From: Octopus sinensis
Lineage: Eukaryota
DNA length: 64,000 bases
Reading direction: 5' to 3'
NCBI RefSeq assembly: GCF_006345805.1
Contig: NC_043023.1
Span: forward strand, 7,688,001-7,752,000
Each line of letters starts with the position of its first letter. Within the stretch, counting starts at the first letter, position 1. This document shows, in pieces, positions 10,919 through 24,898 of the stretch. A program made the translations under genes and the position numbers. The notes beneath the pieces were generated by a model, which saw only the letters and a program-made list of their open reading frames with translations, was not told the origin of the DNA and did not search any database.

Positions 10919-13025
10919 GGTGGCGAGCTGGCAGAATCGTTAGCACGCCAGGCGAAATGCTTAGTGGTATTTCGTCTGCTGCTACGTTATGAGTTCAAAT
11001 TCTGCCGAGGTCGACTTTGCCTTTCATCCTTTTGGGGTTGATTAAATAAGTACCAGTTACGCACTGAGGTCGATATAATCGACTTAATCCGTTTTTCTGC
11101 CCTTTTTTGTCTTCTCTGTGTTTAGCTCCTTGTGGGTAGTAACGAGATAGGTATTTCATCTGCTGTTACATTCTGAGTTCAAATTCCACCAAGGTCGACT
11201 TTGCCTTTCATCCCTTCAGGGTCGATTAAATAAGTACCAGTTACGCACTGGCGTCGATGTAATCGACTTAGTCCCTTTGTCTGTCATTGTTTGTCTCCTC
11301 TATGTTTAGCCCCTTGTGGGTAATAGAGAATTAAATATATCAAAAAAAAAAAAGGTGAGCTGGCAGAAACATTAGCACGTCAGGTGAAATGCTTTGCGGT
11401 ATTTCGTCTGCCGTTATGTTCTGAGTTCAAATTCCACCGAGGTCGACTTTGCCTTTCATCCTTCCAGAGTCAATAAATTAAGTACCAGTTACACACTGGG
11501 GTCGATATAATTGACTTAATCCGTTTGTCTGTCCTTGTTTGTCCTGTCTGTGTTTAGCACTTTGTGGGCAGTAAAGAAATAGGTATTTCGTCTGCTGCTA
11601 CATTCTGAGTTCAAATTCTGCCGAGGTCGACTTTGCCTTTCATCCTTTCGGGGTCCATTAAATAAGTACCAGTTACGCACTGGCGTCGATGTAATCGACT
11701 TAGTCCCTTTGTCTGTCATTGTTTGTCTCCTCTGTGTTTAGCCCCTTGTGGGCAATAAAGAATTAAATATATTAATAAATAAAAAACAAAGGTGAGCTGG
11801 CAGAAATGTTAGCACACTGGGCGAAATGCTTAGCGGTATTTCATCTGTCTTTACGTTCTGAGTTCAAATTCCGCCAAGGTCAACTTTATCTTTCATCCTT
11901 TTGGGGTCAATTAAATAAGTACCAGTTACGCACTGAGGTCGATATAATCAACTTAATCCGTTTGTCTGTCCTTCTTTGTCCTCTCTGTGTTTAGCCCCTT
12001 GTGGGTAGTAAAGAAATAGCTATTTTGCCAGTGCTATGTTCTGAGTTCAAATTCTGCTGAGGTCAAATTTACCTTTCATTCTTTCAGGGTCGATAAAATT
12101 AAGTATCAGTGAAACAGTGGGGTCAATGTAATCAATTATCCTCCTCCCACAGACCCTATGAGTCTAAATGAGTAAGATGCCATGCAGTTGTATTGAACAC
12201 AAATCTAGATGCCTGGAAAGAAAACTTCTTAACCGCTTATCCAAGCCTGTGTAAATCCTGTTTAGGAATGTCCTTACACCCTAGACAGGGCCTTTGGTGC
12301 CCCTATATCATATTCTTAGTAATAATAAGGTTCGTTGTTGTCACCCATTAAGCCTTTTGTGACATTAAGCCTTTGGTGAGCTGGCAGAACCGTTAGCATG
12401 CCGGGTGAAATGCTTAGCGGTGTTTCGCCTGTCGCTACGTTCTGAGTTCAAATTCCGCTGAGGTCGACTTTGCCTTTCATCCTTTCGGGGTCGATTAAAT
12501 AAGTACCAGTTACGCACTGGGGTCGATACAATCGACTTAATCCCTTTGTCTGTCCTTCTTTGTCCTCTCTGTGTGTATCCCCTTGTGGGCAGTAAAGAAA
12601 TAGGTATTTTGTCTGCCGTTACGTTCTGAGTTCAAATTCTGTCAAGGTCAACTTTGCCTTTCATCCTTTCAGGGCCGATAAATTAAGTACTAGTTACGCA
12701 CTGGGGTCGATATGATCAACTTAATCTGTTTGTCTGTCCTTGTTTGTCCTCTCTGTGTTTAGCCCCTTGTGGGTAGTAAAGAAATAGGTATTTCGTTTGC
12801 CACTACGTTCTGAGTTCAAATTCCACCGTGGTCAACTTTGCCTTTCATCCTTTCGGAGTCGATAAATTAAGTACCAGTTATGCACTGGGGTCGATATAAA
12901 TTGACTTAATCCCTTTGTCTGTCCTTGTTTGTCCCTTCTATGTTTAGTCCCTTGTGGGTAGTAAAGAAATAGGTATTTCGTCTACTGTTACGTTCTGAGT
13001 TCAAATTCTGCCGAGGTCAACTTTG
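10919..13025 (+). mobile_element. Head-to-tail arrays of SINE family B (about 10 full and 5'-truncated units in two blocks)
   Basis: Repeated ttctgagttcaaattc...gtcgactttgcctttcatcctttcggggtcgat...aagtaccagttacgcactgg...gccccttgtggg; blocks at about 10919-12140 and 12375-13025. Confidence 0.85.
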
Positions 13026-13299
13026 CTTTTCATCCTTTCAGCGTATATCGTATTTTGTAATGTCCTTACACCCTAGACAGGGACTTTGGTGCCCCATCCC
13101 TATATATCGTATTCTTAGTAACAATAAGGTTTGTTATTGTCACCCATGAAGCCTTTTGTTTATTGTAGTTTAGAATTTCAAGGATCAAAATGGTTTGATG
13201 TTAGTCTTATTTTTAATGTCAGAATATGAAGACAATGGCAGTTGGATGGGAGAAGCTTTTTGGCTAACCTATGCACAGGAATACAACTATGTCTATATA

Positions 13300-13440
13300 T
13301 ATATTCATCTCTCCCCTCTCTCTATATATATGAGTGTTAATGTGTGTGTACATACCCAAATATATATGCTTATATATATATGTATACATATATATACATA
13401 TTTGCAAGCATGTATGAGTGCATGTACATATATGTGTGTG

Positions 13441-13520
<80 letters not shown>

Positions 13521-13607
13521 CACATATATATACATATATATGTATGTACATATATATATATATATATAGATATATTATATATATACATATATATATATAC
13601 ATATTAC

Positions 13608-13653
<46 letters not shown>

Positions 13654-13783
13654 ATATATATATATATATATATACATTATATATATATATGTATGTATGT
13701 ATGTATATATATGTTTATACATAAAACAATAGCTGCGACAACAACAGCAACAATAGTCAATTGTATTGACAGCAGTAAGAGTA

Positions 13784-13850
<67 letters not shown>

Positions 13851-13890
13851 CTGCTGCTACTACTACTGCTGCTGCTGCTGCTGCTACCGT
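13300..13890. repeat. (TA)n/(TATG)n and (CTA)n/(CTG)n microsatellites
   Basis: Read directly. Confidence 0.95.
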
Positions 13891-14232
13891 TATTCATTTG
13901 GTAGAATTGCTACCATGTAGCACAAAATGGTTTGCACCATTTCTTCGTTCAAAAGCATCTGTGCTGATTGTCTTTCAGTCTTTCGATGTTGACAGAATGG
14001 GTACCAGTTGGCTACTGGGGTTAATGCAATTAACATGCAGTCCCGGTGCTGAAATTTAAAGGAATTGGATAGGGCACTTGCTCCTTCGGTTTCAGGGAAA
14101 TCTCAGACAATGGGGTTCCTTGATTATCCCTAAAGGGGTCCCTGTATCAGGAGGGCCACATCCCTATTATCGCCCCCGCCCCAACCTTCTTTTTTTACCT
14201 TTGTATTCTATGCATATGTCCCTTCTTTTCCA

Positions 14233-14625
14233 GGGTATACTCCTTTTACTCTTTTACTTGTTTCAGTCATTTGACTGTGGCCATGCTGGAGCACCACCTT
14301 TAGTCGAGCAAATTGACCCCAAGACTTATTCTTTGTAAGCCAAGTACTTATTCTATCAGTCTCTTTTGCCGAACTGCTAAGTTACGGAGATGTAAACACA
14401 CCACAATTGGTTGTCAAGCGATGTTGGGGGGACAAACACAGACACACACACACACACACACACACATATATGTATACATATATACGACGGGCTTCATTCA
14501 GTTTCCATCTACCAAATCCACTCACAAGGCTTTGGTCGGCCCGAGGCTATAGTAGAAGACACTTGCCTGAACCTGGAACCATGCGGTTGGTAAGCAAGCT
14601 ACTTACCACACAACCACTCCTGCGC
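14233..14625 (-). mobile_element. SINE family A
   Basis: Reverse complement of family A. Confidence 0.8.
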
Positions 14626-15520
14626 CTAGTATATTTTATTTTTATTTTGTTTTATCATTTCATTATTATATGTAAACCCCCACATTTTATGTCTGTCTCT
14701 GTATTGACCCCTCACCCTTCACCCTTGTGGCAAATAAATGAAATCATTATTATTATTAATAATAAATCTCTGAGTGAGACATAGACAGTAGCAGACGAAC
14801 AAAATAAAAAAAAATCAACAATGTGTGATCCTCAAAATGGAGGAGATGTTTGAGGGCTGCTCATGGAAAAACCCCATAAAAAACCACGGGTCCCCTGACT
14901 TTTGGGGCAGGTGTCTTTTTACCTTTCCTTTTTCCCGACTACAGCATATGCTCAGGGCAGGACCATTCACTCACACCTTTTTCACCACTTTCATCTGCCT
15001 TTCAGCAAACAGGCTAGAAGGCAGCACCACCCTCTCAACCCTTATTTTCCTTTACAAGTGAAACTTGAAGGAGTTGGTCTGGGATTGGCCAAAGAGAAAA
15101 ATGTTTGTCTTCAGCCCCTTCAGTCTCTTCCACCATACAAGCCGTTCAAGAATTTGAACCTGGATATCTCCATTTCCAGCGACTTCGAGGGCCACCTCCC
15201 AGTGGTGTTGGGTGTCAATGAAGAGCCCTCGACTACAAGATGACCAAAGTTTTTTTTTTCCAAGGTCTGGGGTCTCCCACCCCTAAACCCTAGACCATCA
15301 CCTAATCACCCTTACCTGTCTTGTTGCTTAGCAATAACAATCCACCATAAACCTCTTTTGCCACAGCCACTAGGCATATAAACACAGTGTCCGATTGGCT
15401 GAGGGCTGTGTGCGCTTGAAAACATTCCACTTTCCAAATGTTCCCCTTGTCTCTGTTTTACCCAGAATTACTGCTCCATTAAAAAAACTAGCTACAGTCT
15501 GGCAAACGGCAACCATACCT

Positions 15521-16161
15521 GTAGAGGAACATGGCCTAGTAGTTAGAGCAGCGGACTTGCGGTCGAGGGATCGTGGGTTTGAATCTCAGACCAGGCGATG
15601 TGTGTGTTTATGAGTGAAACACCTAAGCTCCACGCGGCTCTGGCAGAAGGTAATGGCGAAACTTCTGCTGACTCTTTCGCCACAATTTTCTCTAACTCTT
15701 TCCCCCTGCATCTTGCAGCTCACCTGCGACGGACCAGCATCCCGTCCAGGTGGGGGAACCTTATATGCCAAGGAAACTGGGAAGCCGGTCCTTATGAGCC
15801 AGGCATGGCTCAAGAAGGAACAAACAATATATATATGTGTGTGTGTGTGTGTGTGGAGGCACATGGCTTAGTGGTTAGAGCAATGGACTCGCGGTTGAGA
15901 GATCATGGGTTCGAATCTCAGATTGGGCAATGTGTGTGTTTATGAGCGAAACACCTAAGCTCCACGCGGCTCTGGCAGAAGGTAATGGCGAAACTTCTGC
16001 TGACTCTTTCGCCACAACTTTCTCTCACTCTTTCCCCCTGCATTTTGCAGCTCACCTGCGACGGACCGCTGTCCCGTCCAGGTGGGGGAACCTATACGCC
16101 AAGGAAACCGGGAAACTGGCCCTTATGAGCTAGGCAGGGCTCGAGAAGGAACAAACAACCA
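15521..16161 (+). mobile_element. Two tandem tRNA-derived SINEs (family C-related)
   Basis: Heads at 15521 and 15853 (tggcctagtagttagagcagcggact...gggtttgaatctc) with near-identical bodies. Confidence 0.85.
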
Positions 16162-16606
16162 TACCTGTTCACGGTCAAGGAAGCACTGGAGATGTAGCCT
16201 CAGCACATCATCAATCACAGCATGCCTAGGCCACCACTCAGTGAGTATTGACAGCAGATAGACTGCTGACCATCAGGACATGTCCCTTCCACAAGAAGCA
16301 GAAGCGTATGTGTTCCAGTGGCCGGACAAGGCACAATGGTCAAACAATAGTATATGATAGATGTGATATACATGTTAGCTACCTCTGACTGACCTTTTAG
16401 GGGTAGCTTTCTCTCGGCCCTTTCTAGGTGAGAGTAGTCACCCTGCTCGTTACTTCATCCCATTTTTTTGTCCATCTTGAGGTCTGGACTGAACCAGACC
16501 CCACTTTCTACTGTAGGCACAAGGCCTGAAATTTGGGGCAAGGGATTAAGTCAATTTCATTGACCCCAGTGCGTAACTGGTAATTATTTGAACTCAGAAC
16601 ATAATC

Positions 16607-17020
16607 ATCATCATCATTGTTCACCAGACTTCACGGTCCATCATGGCATTACGGAGGTCCTGTTGCTGGATGCCTGTATCCCTGGAGATTACATCAGGGT
16701 GGTAGGAGAGTGTGTGCCCTCTGGTATGCGAGAGTAGTAGATGGTTCCAGAGGAGAAGAGAGTAGAAATTGCCTCGTTTTCAGCTCTAACAACAATGTCC
16801 AGCAAACTGGACTCCTTACCTTTCAAAAGAGATGACACAGGTGGTAGTTTCCATATATTTGCATTTTGGTTGGATGACACCTCCACGAGAGATTTTGAGC
16901 TCTCATAAGGAGGCGAGTGTAGGTTCCATCCAACCGCCTCTCAAGCTTCTTTGATAACGTCCAGGTTTCTGAGCCATATAGTAGAATTGGTTCGACTGTG
17001 GCTTTGAATAACATAAAGAC
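16607..17020 (-). mobile_element. RTE-clade LINE 3' fragment (second family)
   Basis: FKATVEPILLYGSETWTLSKKLERRLDGTYTRLLMRAQ; (GAT)n tail. Confidence 0.85.
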
Positions 17021-17091
17021 AGATGAAATACTGCTAAGCATTTTGCCCGGTGTGCTAACAATTCTGCCAGCTTGCTACCTTAATAATAATA

Positions 17092-17383
17092 AGATACCAG
17101 GAAACCCCAAAATGGCAGAAATTCAAAAGATAGTGCTCATGGGAACTGCCCTTATCCTACACAAAATACTGTCTATGTAATCTCAAGTTTTAAAGCAAAC
17201 ATAATTTTCTTATGGTTTCTTAAACATTCTCTACAACAACACTATGTATAAAATCAAATATATGACACCCTAGGCATAGCACCAATATGAACTTCTAACT
17301 TGGTGTCTTGAGGTCTCTGGATGAGACTTGGAACCAACTTGTACAAATGTAAAACAAAAGTTAAACATATAATAATAATAATG

Positions 17384-17440
<57 letters not shown>

Positions 17441-17810
17441 CTTTCTAATTGATGTATCAATACCAGCAGATGACAACGTGTCTCTAAAAGAAATGGAGAA
17501 ACTTTCAAAATACAAAGACCTGGAAATAGAGGTAACTCAAATTTGGAATCTAAAAACAGAAACAATTCTTATCAATGTAGGCCATTAGGTATGATAAAAA
17601 AATATTCAGACAAATACATAACAAAAACACCAGGACTTACAAATATATACAACATACAGAAAATTGCACTACTAGGCACTGCACACATCCTACGCAGAAC
17701 TCTTTCAATACAGTAACCATCAGAGCATCACAACAAATCACAGCACATACCCAAGGCACACAGAGCTGCGCTCAGTAGTGAAGTGAAAGCACGCTATAAA
17801 AATAAAACTA

Positions 17811-17813
<3 letters not shown>
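17092..17813 (+). mobile_element. Two stacked 3' fragments of R4/Dong-clade LINEs separated by (TAA)n
   Basis: [18 protein letters not shown] at 17092-17369 and [30 protein letters not shown] at 17440-17813 (REL endonuclease region); each bounded by TAA repeats. Confidence 0.8.
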
Positions 17814-17876
<63 letters not shown>

Positions 17877-17880
17877 TATC

Positions 17881-17915
<35 letters not shown>

Positions 17916-18160
17916 TAATAATAATGGTGTCAAATTTTGGCAAAAGGCCAGTAATTTGGTGGGAGGGGGCAAGTCGATTACATCGACCCCAGTAATCAAC
18001 TGGTACTTATTTCATTGATCCAAGAAGGATGAAAGGCAAAGCCGACCTCAGCGGAATTTGAACTCAGAACGTACAGATGGATGAAATATCGCAAAGCATT
18101 TTCCCCAGTATGCTAATGATTCTGCCAGCTTGTCATCTTCATTTAATAATGATAATAATG

Positions 18161-18207
<47 letters not shown>

Positions 18208-18214
18208 TATCATA

Positions 18215-18255
<41 letters not shown>

Positions 18256-18470
18256 GTGTCAAATTTTGGCAAAAGGCCAGTAATTTGGTGGGAGGGGGCA
18301 AGTCGATTACATCGACCCCAGTACTCAACTGGTACTTATTTTGTTGACCCAAGAAGGATGAAAGGCAAAGCTGACCTCAGCGGAATTTGAACTCAGAACG
18401 TACAGATGGATGAAATATCGCAAAGCATTTTCCCCAGTATGCTAATGATTCTGCCAGCTTGTCATCTTCA
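17814..18470 (-). repeat. Tandem duplication of a (TAA)n plus SINE-B fragment unit
   Basis: 17925-18140 and 18253-18470 are nearly identical. Confidence 0.8.
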
Positions 18471-18516
18471 TTAATAATGATAATAATGATAATAATGATA
18501 ATAATGATAATATGTA

Positions 18517-18904
18517 TGGAAGCACTCCATCGGTTATGACGATGAGGGTTCTGATTGATTCGAATCAACGGAACAGCCTGCTTGTGAAATTAACGTGTAA
18601 GTGGCTGAGCACTCCACAGACACGTGTACCCTTAACGTAGTCGGGGATATTCAGCGTGACACAGAGAGAGTGACAAGGCCGGCCCCTTGAAAATACAGGT
18701 ACAACAGAGAAACAGGAAGTAAGAGTGAGAGAAAGTTGTGGTGAAAGAGTACAGCAGGGATCACCACCATCCCCTGCTGGAGCCTCGTGGAGCTTTAGGT
18801 GTTTTCGCTCAATAAACACTCACAACGCCCCGGTCTGGGAATCGAAACCGCGATCCTATGACCGCGAGTCCGCTGCCCTAACCACTGGGCCATTGCGCCT
18901 CCAC
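18517..18904 (-). mobile_element. SINE family C
   Basis: Near-identical to 9846-10228. Confidence 0.85.
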
Positions 18905-19006
18905 TAATAATGATAATAATAATAATAATAATAATAATAATTTCAATAATAGTAATAACAATGGCACCTGTCAAAAATGTTTGACTTCGACATTATTCAA
19001 ATGAGT

Positions 19007-19067
<61 letters not shown>

Positions 19068-19104
19068 TGTGTGTGTATGTGTGTCTGTGTGTATGTGTGT
19101 GTGT

Positions 19105-19158
<54 letters not shown>

Positions 19159-19302
19159 TTGTGTGTGTGTTCCAACAATGCTCAATGCAGAAAACACCCA
19201 AGACCTTTGACCCCCACTGGCATGGAAATTAATCTCTGCTCCCCTATTATGTTCTGCCTCGGGGGGGGGGGGGGGTAACTGCGGCACTGATCCGTCTATA
19301 AC

Positions 19303-19310
19303 TATATAAA
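19303..19310 (+). promoter_or_regulatory. Possible TATA box upstream of the ZP gene
   Basis: TATATAAA about 210 bp upstream of the ATG; the ATG is preceded by an acceptor-like ctctctcag, so a short 5' UTR exon is possible. Motif only. Confidence 0.25.
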
Positions 19311-19514
19311 CCATGAACACCCACGTATCTTCTGCTGGTACGCAGAGTTGGAAAAGCGAGAAGAAAAAAAAAAAACATAACAAAACAACAACAAAAAAAA
19401 AAACATAGAAAACAGCTATTTCTTTTTGGACATTTTATTTTGTCATATTCCTAAGGTATTTCGACATATTTTATTGAAGCGAGAACATACCAATCACTGC
19501 CTACTCTCTCAGAC

Positions 19515-19542
19515 ATGCAGCCGCTTCCTTTCGTGATCTATG
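19515..19542 (+). CDS. ZP gene coding exon 1 (signal peptide start)
   Basis: ATG CAG CCG CTT CCT TTC GTG ATC TAT G|gtaagt; the phase-1 join to 24904 completes a hydrophobic signal peptide. Confidence 0.7.
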
Positions 19543-19818
19543 GTAAGTTGCTACCGCTCGCACGCATACACACGCACACATTAATGATTGATTCTTGCCT
19601 CTATGTTCAGTTTTAATAAAAACAATTTCATTTTGATCTAAAAGGTGAACTCAATACTTCAGTAGAGTATAAATTTATTATCCTTATGCAAGAATATTGT
19701 TGACAGTGACTTTGAAGTTTTGGCCCAATAAGTCATTGTCTGACATGGTGGCGTAGCTGACCAAAGCTTTGAAGTCACTAAAAATAGCCTTGTTAAAGAA
19801 TAATAAATAAGTGTGCAT

Positions 19819-19875
<57 letters not shown>

Positions 19876-19977
19876 GTGTATATATATAGTATGTATCGAT
19901 ATATATATATATATAATATTATATATTATATATATATATATATATGTGTGTGTGGGTGTGTATAATATATATGTATG

Positions 19978-20011
<34 letters not shown>

Positions 20012-20113
20012 ATATATACACATACATACATACCCATACATCTTATATATATTATATACATACATATATATATATGTACGTACATACATATTTTTATATA
20101 TATATGTACGTAC

Positions 20114-20154
<41 letters not shown>

Positions 20155-20527
20155 TTATATATAAACTGAACATAACACACAATAATATATACATATATAC
20201 ATAATGTATACATACACACACACATGCACACAACACACATATATGTATGTTCGCATGTGTATATATTTTGTTATATGTTTCTATGTTTCTGGTTTGTGTT
20301 TGCGTGTGAGTTACGTGCACGCATATTTGTATAAATGCATCGTGTAATATACATACATAAGCACACCCACACACACACACACACACACACATACACACGT
20401 ATATATGTGTATATATAATCTTTATTGTCATTTTTTGTATCCATTTTTCTAACATGATATGAATTAGACACGCAAGTCAGCTAAGTTCATATTTAGAGTA
20501 ACTGACTCATACACACACATGTGTGTG

Positions 20528-20583
<56 letters not shown>

Positions 20584-20758
20584 CATACATATTACATATG
20601 TTATCATCAATGTGTGTGTGTTGGTAGCATGTTTATTTAAATGTTGGCTATGAGTACATGTGCGTATATGATTTATGATTGCCTGCCCCTCTCTTTGCCT
20701 TTACATACTAGCATATACATAAATACAAGTATATATATATATACTATATCATACATAC

Positions 20759-20790
<32 letters not shown>

Positions 20791-20802
20791 ATATATATAT
20801 AG

Positions 20803-20837
<35 letters not shown>

Positions 20838-21022
20838 ATATATATAAATATATGCGCTTACACACAACACGCATATAATACATATACACATAATTATATA
20901 CATATACATATTAAAATGCATAGATATATATGTATATATATACAACATATACATATATGTATATAGTATATATATATATATATTATATACACATATACGC
21001 ATATATATATGTGTGTATATAT

Positions 21023-21065
<43 letters not shown>

Positions 21066-21093
21066 CATATATATATATATGTATATATGCATG

Positions 21094-21131
<38 letters not shown>

Positions 21132-22810
21132 CATACATGTATGTAAGTATGTATGTATATAAGTTTGCATACATATATGTCTGTGTGTATGTGCATATGT
21201 GTATGTGTGTGTGTGTGTGTGTGTGTTTATAATTAGGGCTTTCGTGCCGTTACCATCATCACCGTTCTTGCATGCTACTTCACAACATTTGCATGTCATG
21301 ACGAATTTTATGTCACTTTGTTAGGTTCCGCTGTTTACAATCAGTATTCACCACTCCGTCCTAAGTCTTCTACAGTCACGTATGTTTGGATAAACAGGTA
21401 CAGTCACACATACATACAGACACTCAAATACATGTACATACATATATATATATACATATAAACATACATTTTTATATATAAAAGTGAGGTTGTGTGTCTG
21501 TCTCCTACGATTTAGATTCCTAACTACTTCCACATTTTGCGGTGCAGTTTAACCAAAACCGGGTATCTTATAGTCGTGATTCATATTGAGCCCTTCTGGG
21601 TATTAGCGTGCGTCTACGATGAGTCTACGATTTAAAAAAAAATTTACCATCAATTTTTCCCATTTTTATGCATTTTTGGCATATATAAGGGAAGTAACTC
21701 TCTAAAAATGTATTATTAAATGTCAGAACGTAAAAAGTACAGTAAAACCCCCCCTTTGTGGTTAGCCGTATTGAGATGGCTATTATACTTTACATCTCTA
21801 AAAATGCTTATATAGTTATTTCCCTTACAAACCCGAGCAACACCGGGTGATACTGCTAGTATATATATAAACGGTATGGACGATTTTTTGGAGTCTAATA
21901 ATACCCTGTTCGCCTATTTGATTATGAAGATTTACAAACATACTTTCTCAGTGATACTCAGTTTACCTACTATTACAAATAATACCAAATGTTCTTTCTC
22001 AAACCTTTCATAATGTGATACAAGGCTTTGGTGTAGCAATTGCATGCGGCTGAAGAGGGCTTTTGAACTATCTGTTATGTCGATTATGCATTGATGTAAG
22101 AATAAGGTGTTCTATAAAGCTTGAAACATGTGTACCACAACATCCTTTGTGTCCTGTTTTTATTTTATTTCATTTGATACATATATACATATATATATAT
22201 CAAATACAAAATGGGACAAGAGCACAAACATCCGGATAGCTAGATGGTACAAAAAGGGACAATAAAATATCCAGATAGACGATTCAAAGAAAACAAGGAC
22301 GGGTCATTCAAAGCTTGCTATCCTCAGTCAAGAACCGGATCATCCTCGCAATTTATCAGTATGTTCAAATCTTAGCTTTCTACAAAAGCTCCTAGTGGAT
22401 TGCCCACCCTAGATTGTCATGTCTTTTCTTGTATTCTTTCTGTGCCAGCATGTTACATTCACTTACTATATGAGTAATGTTTTCCTTATTTGAATTGCAT
22501 AATCTACACTGAGAATCTACTTGGTTTTTGTCTATTTTGGCTTTTATCAAATTAGTCCTTAATGCTTGATCTTGTGCAGCTACTAACAAACTTTCTGTCT
22601 CTCTCTTCAGCTTTCCCTTCTGCAGGCATAACTGTGTCTCATTACTACTATTTGCCAAAACTATTTTGGGGAATCTACCATGCAACACCTTCTCCTGCCA
22701 GTCAGATAATTTCTGTTCTTTTTTCTGGTTTTCAAGTTTGTTTAGTGTTTTGGTTTCCCTATGTCTTGCTGTGACTCTAGCAGCTTTTAATAAACTTTCT
22801 TCACTATTAC

Positions 22811-22846
<36 letters not shown>

Positions 22847-24011
22847 CATTCAGTAGTCTTATTTTTATAACGTGTTTTCACTGCACTACTGAGCGCAGCT
22901 TTGTGTGCCTTGGGTATGTGTTGTGGTTTGTTGTGGTGCTCTTATTTTCACTGTATAGAAGGTGTTTTGCATAGGACGTGTGCAGTGCCCAGTAGTGCAA
23001 TTTTCTGTATGTTGTATATATTTGTAAGTCCTGGTGTTTTTGTTATGTATTTGTCTGAATATTATTATTATTATCATTCTATGTTTGACTTTTGCTTTAT
23101 ATTTGTACAAGTTGGCTCCAAGTCTCACCCAGAGACCTCAAGAGACAACAGGTTGGAAGTTCATGTTGTTGTTATGCCTAATGTGCCATATATTTGGGGT
23201 TTTTTTGGTGTTGTACTAGTGAATGTCTAAAAAACGAAAATTATGTTTGTTTTAAACCTTGAGATTACATAGAAAGTATTTTGCATTGGATATGAGCAGT
23301 TCCCATGAGCACTATCTTTTGAATTTCTGCCATTTTGGGGTTTCCTGGTATCTGAGTTAGGTAGCAATCAGCCCCTTTTGCTATCATTCCCAGGGCACCT
23401 ATGATAACAGGTATTGTTTTAGTCTTCAGGTTCCACATTTTGCTGATTTCTATTTCAAGATCTTTATATTTGCTCAGTTTTTGGTAGGTCTTGACAGATA
23501 CGTTTATATCGATTGGGACAGTCATATCAATGAGGAGGCATGTTCTTTGTCTGAAGTCTTTCAATATGATGTCTGGCCTATTTGCATCTATCTTTCTGTC
23601 AGTTGAATGGGAAGTTCCAGAGGAGTGAGATGTGGTCATTTTCAAGCACTGAGGTGGTTTGTGTTCCCACCAGTTTTTCATGGGGCAAATCCAGGTTTGC
23701 CAAATTACCCAGTGAATATATTGTGCAGCTCTATCATGCCTGTTGAGATACTCTGTAGGCGCTAGAAGACTGCATTTGGAGACAACATGATCAATGGTTT
23801 CATTTTGTTGTTGACATACACGACATGTTGGGCTACTGCTGTTCTTTAATATGTTGGCCTGGTAGTTTCTTGTTGGTAGGCATTGATCTTGAACTGCTAT
23901 GATAAACCCTTCTGTTTCAGATTTTAAGCCAGAGGCCATTAGCCATTGATGGGTCAGAGCTTTGTCAACATCTGCATTATTCGCTCTATTATTATTATCA
24001 TTATTATATTA

Positions 24012-24054
<43 letters not shown>

Positions 24055-24069
24055 TTTATTTTTATTATT

Positions 24070-24104
<35 letters not shown>

Positions 24105-24177
24105 TATCATCATTATTATTATCATTATTATTATCATTATTATTATCATTATCATTATTATTTTTATTTTTATTATT

Positions 24178-24210
<33 letters not shown>

Positions 24211-24342
24211 CTCATTATTATCATTATCATTATTATTTTTATTTTTATTATTATCATTATCATTATTATTATCATTATTATTATCATTATTATTATCATT
24301 ATCATTATTATTTTTATTTTTAATTATTATTATCATTATTAT

Positions 24343-24399
<57 letters not shown>

Positions 24400-24456
24400 C
24401 ATCATCATTATTATAATTATTATTTTTATTATTATTATCATTATATCACCATATTA

Positions 24457-24489
<33 letters not shown>

Positions 24490-24568
24490 CATTATATCAC
24501 CATTATTATTATTATTATTATTATTATCATTATTATTATTATTTTTATTATCATTATTATTATATCAC

Positions 24569-24601
<33 letters not shown>

Positions 24602-24740
24602 CATTATTATTATTATTTTTATTATCATTATTATTATTATTATATCACCATTATTATTATATTATTATTATTATTATTATATATCACCATTATTATATTA
24701 TATATTATTATTTTTATTATTATTATTATTATTATATCAC

Positions 24741-24772
<32 letters not shown>

Positions 24773-24853
24773 TCATATTATTACTATTATTATTATCATT
24801 ATTATTATTATATTATTATTATTATATTATTATATCACCATTATTATTAATAC

Positions 24854-24898
<45 letters not shown>

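Noticed and set aside
13195-13920. Tyr/Ile-rich ORFs (also near 4.3-4.9, 19-21, 24, 26, 29-30 and 57.7 kb)
   Set aside because: Translations of (TA)n, (CA)n, (ATT)n and (AGT)n microsatellites.
14800-15400. Possible LINE ORF1 relic with a zinc-knuckle-like ICCSREKGKVKDTCP on the minus strand
   Set aside because: The motif lacks the His, there are multiple stops, and no other supporting motif was found.
15521-15600. tRNA genes at A/B-box heads (also 10150-10228, 34962-35040, 35714-35790)
   Set aside because: Each continues into a shared SINE body and lacks a full cloverleaf; these are SINE heads.
22300-22345. Further hammerhead-like motif on the minus strand (CUGAGGA-UAGC-AA-GCU...UGAAU)
   Set aside because: GAAA and helix III are not intact, so it is too degenerate to call.
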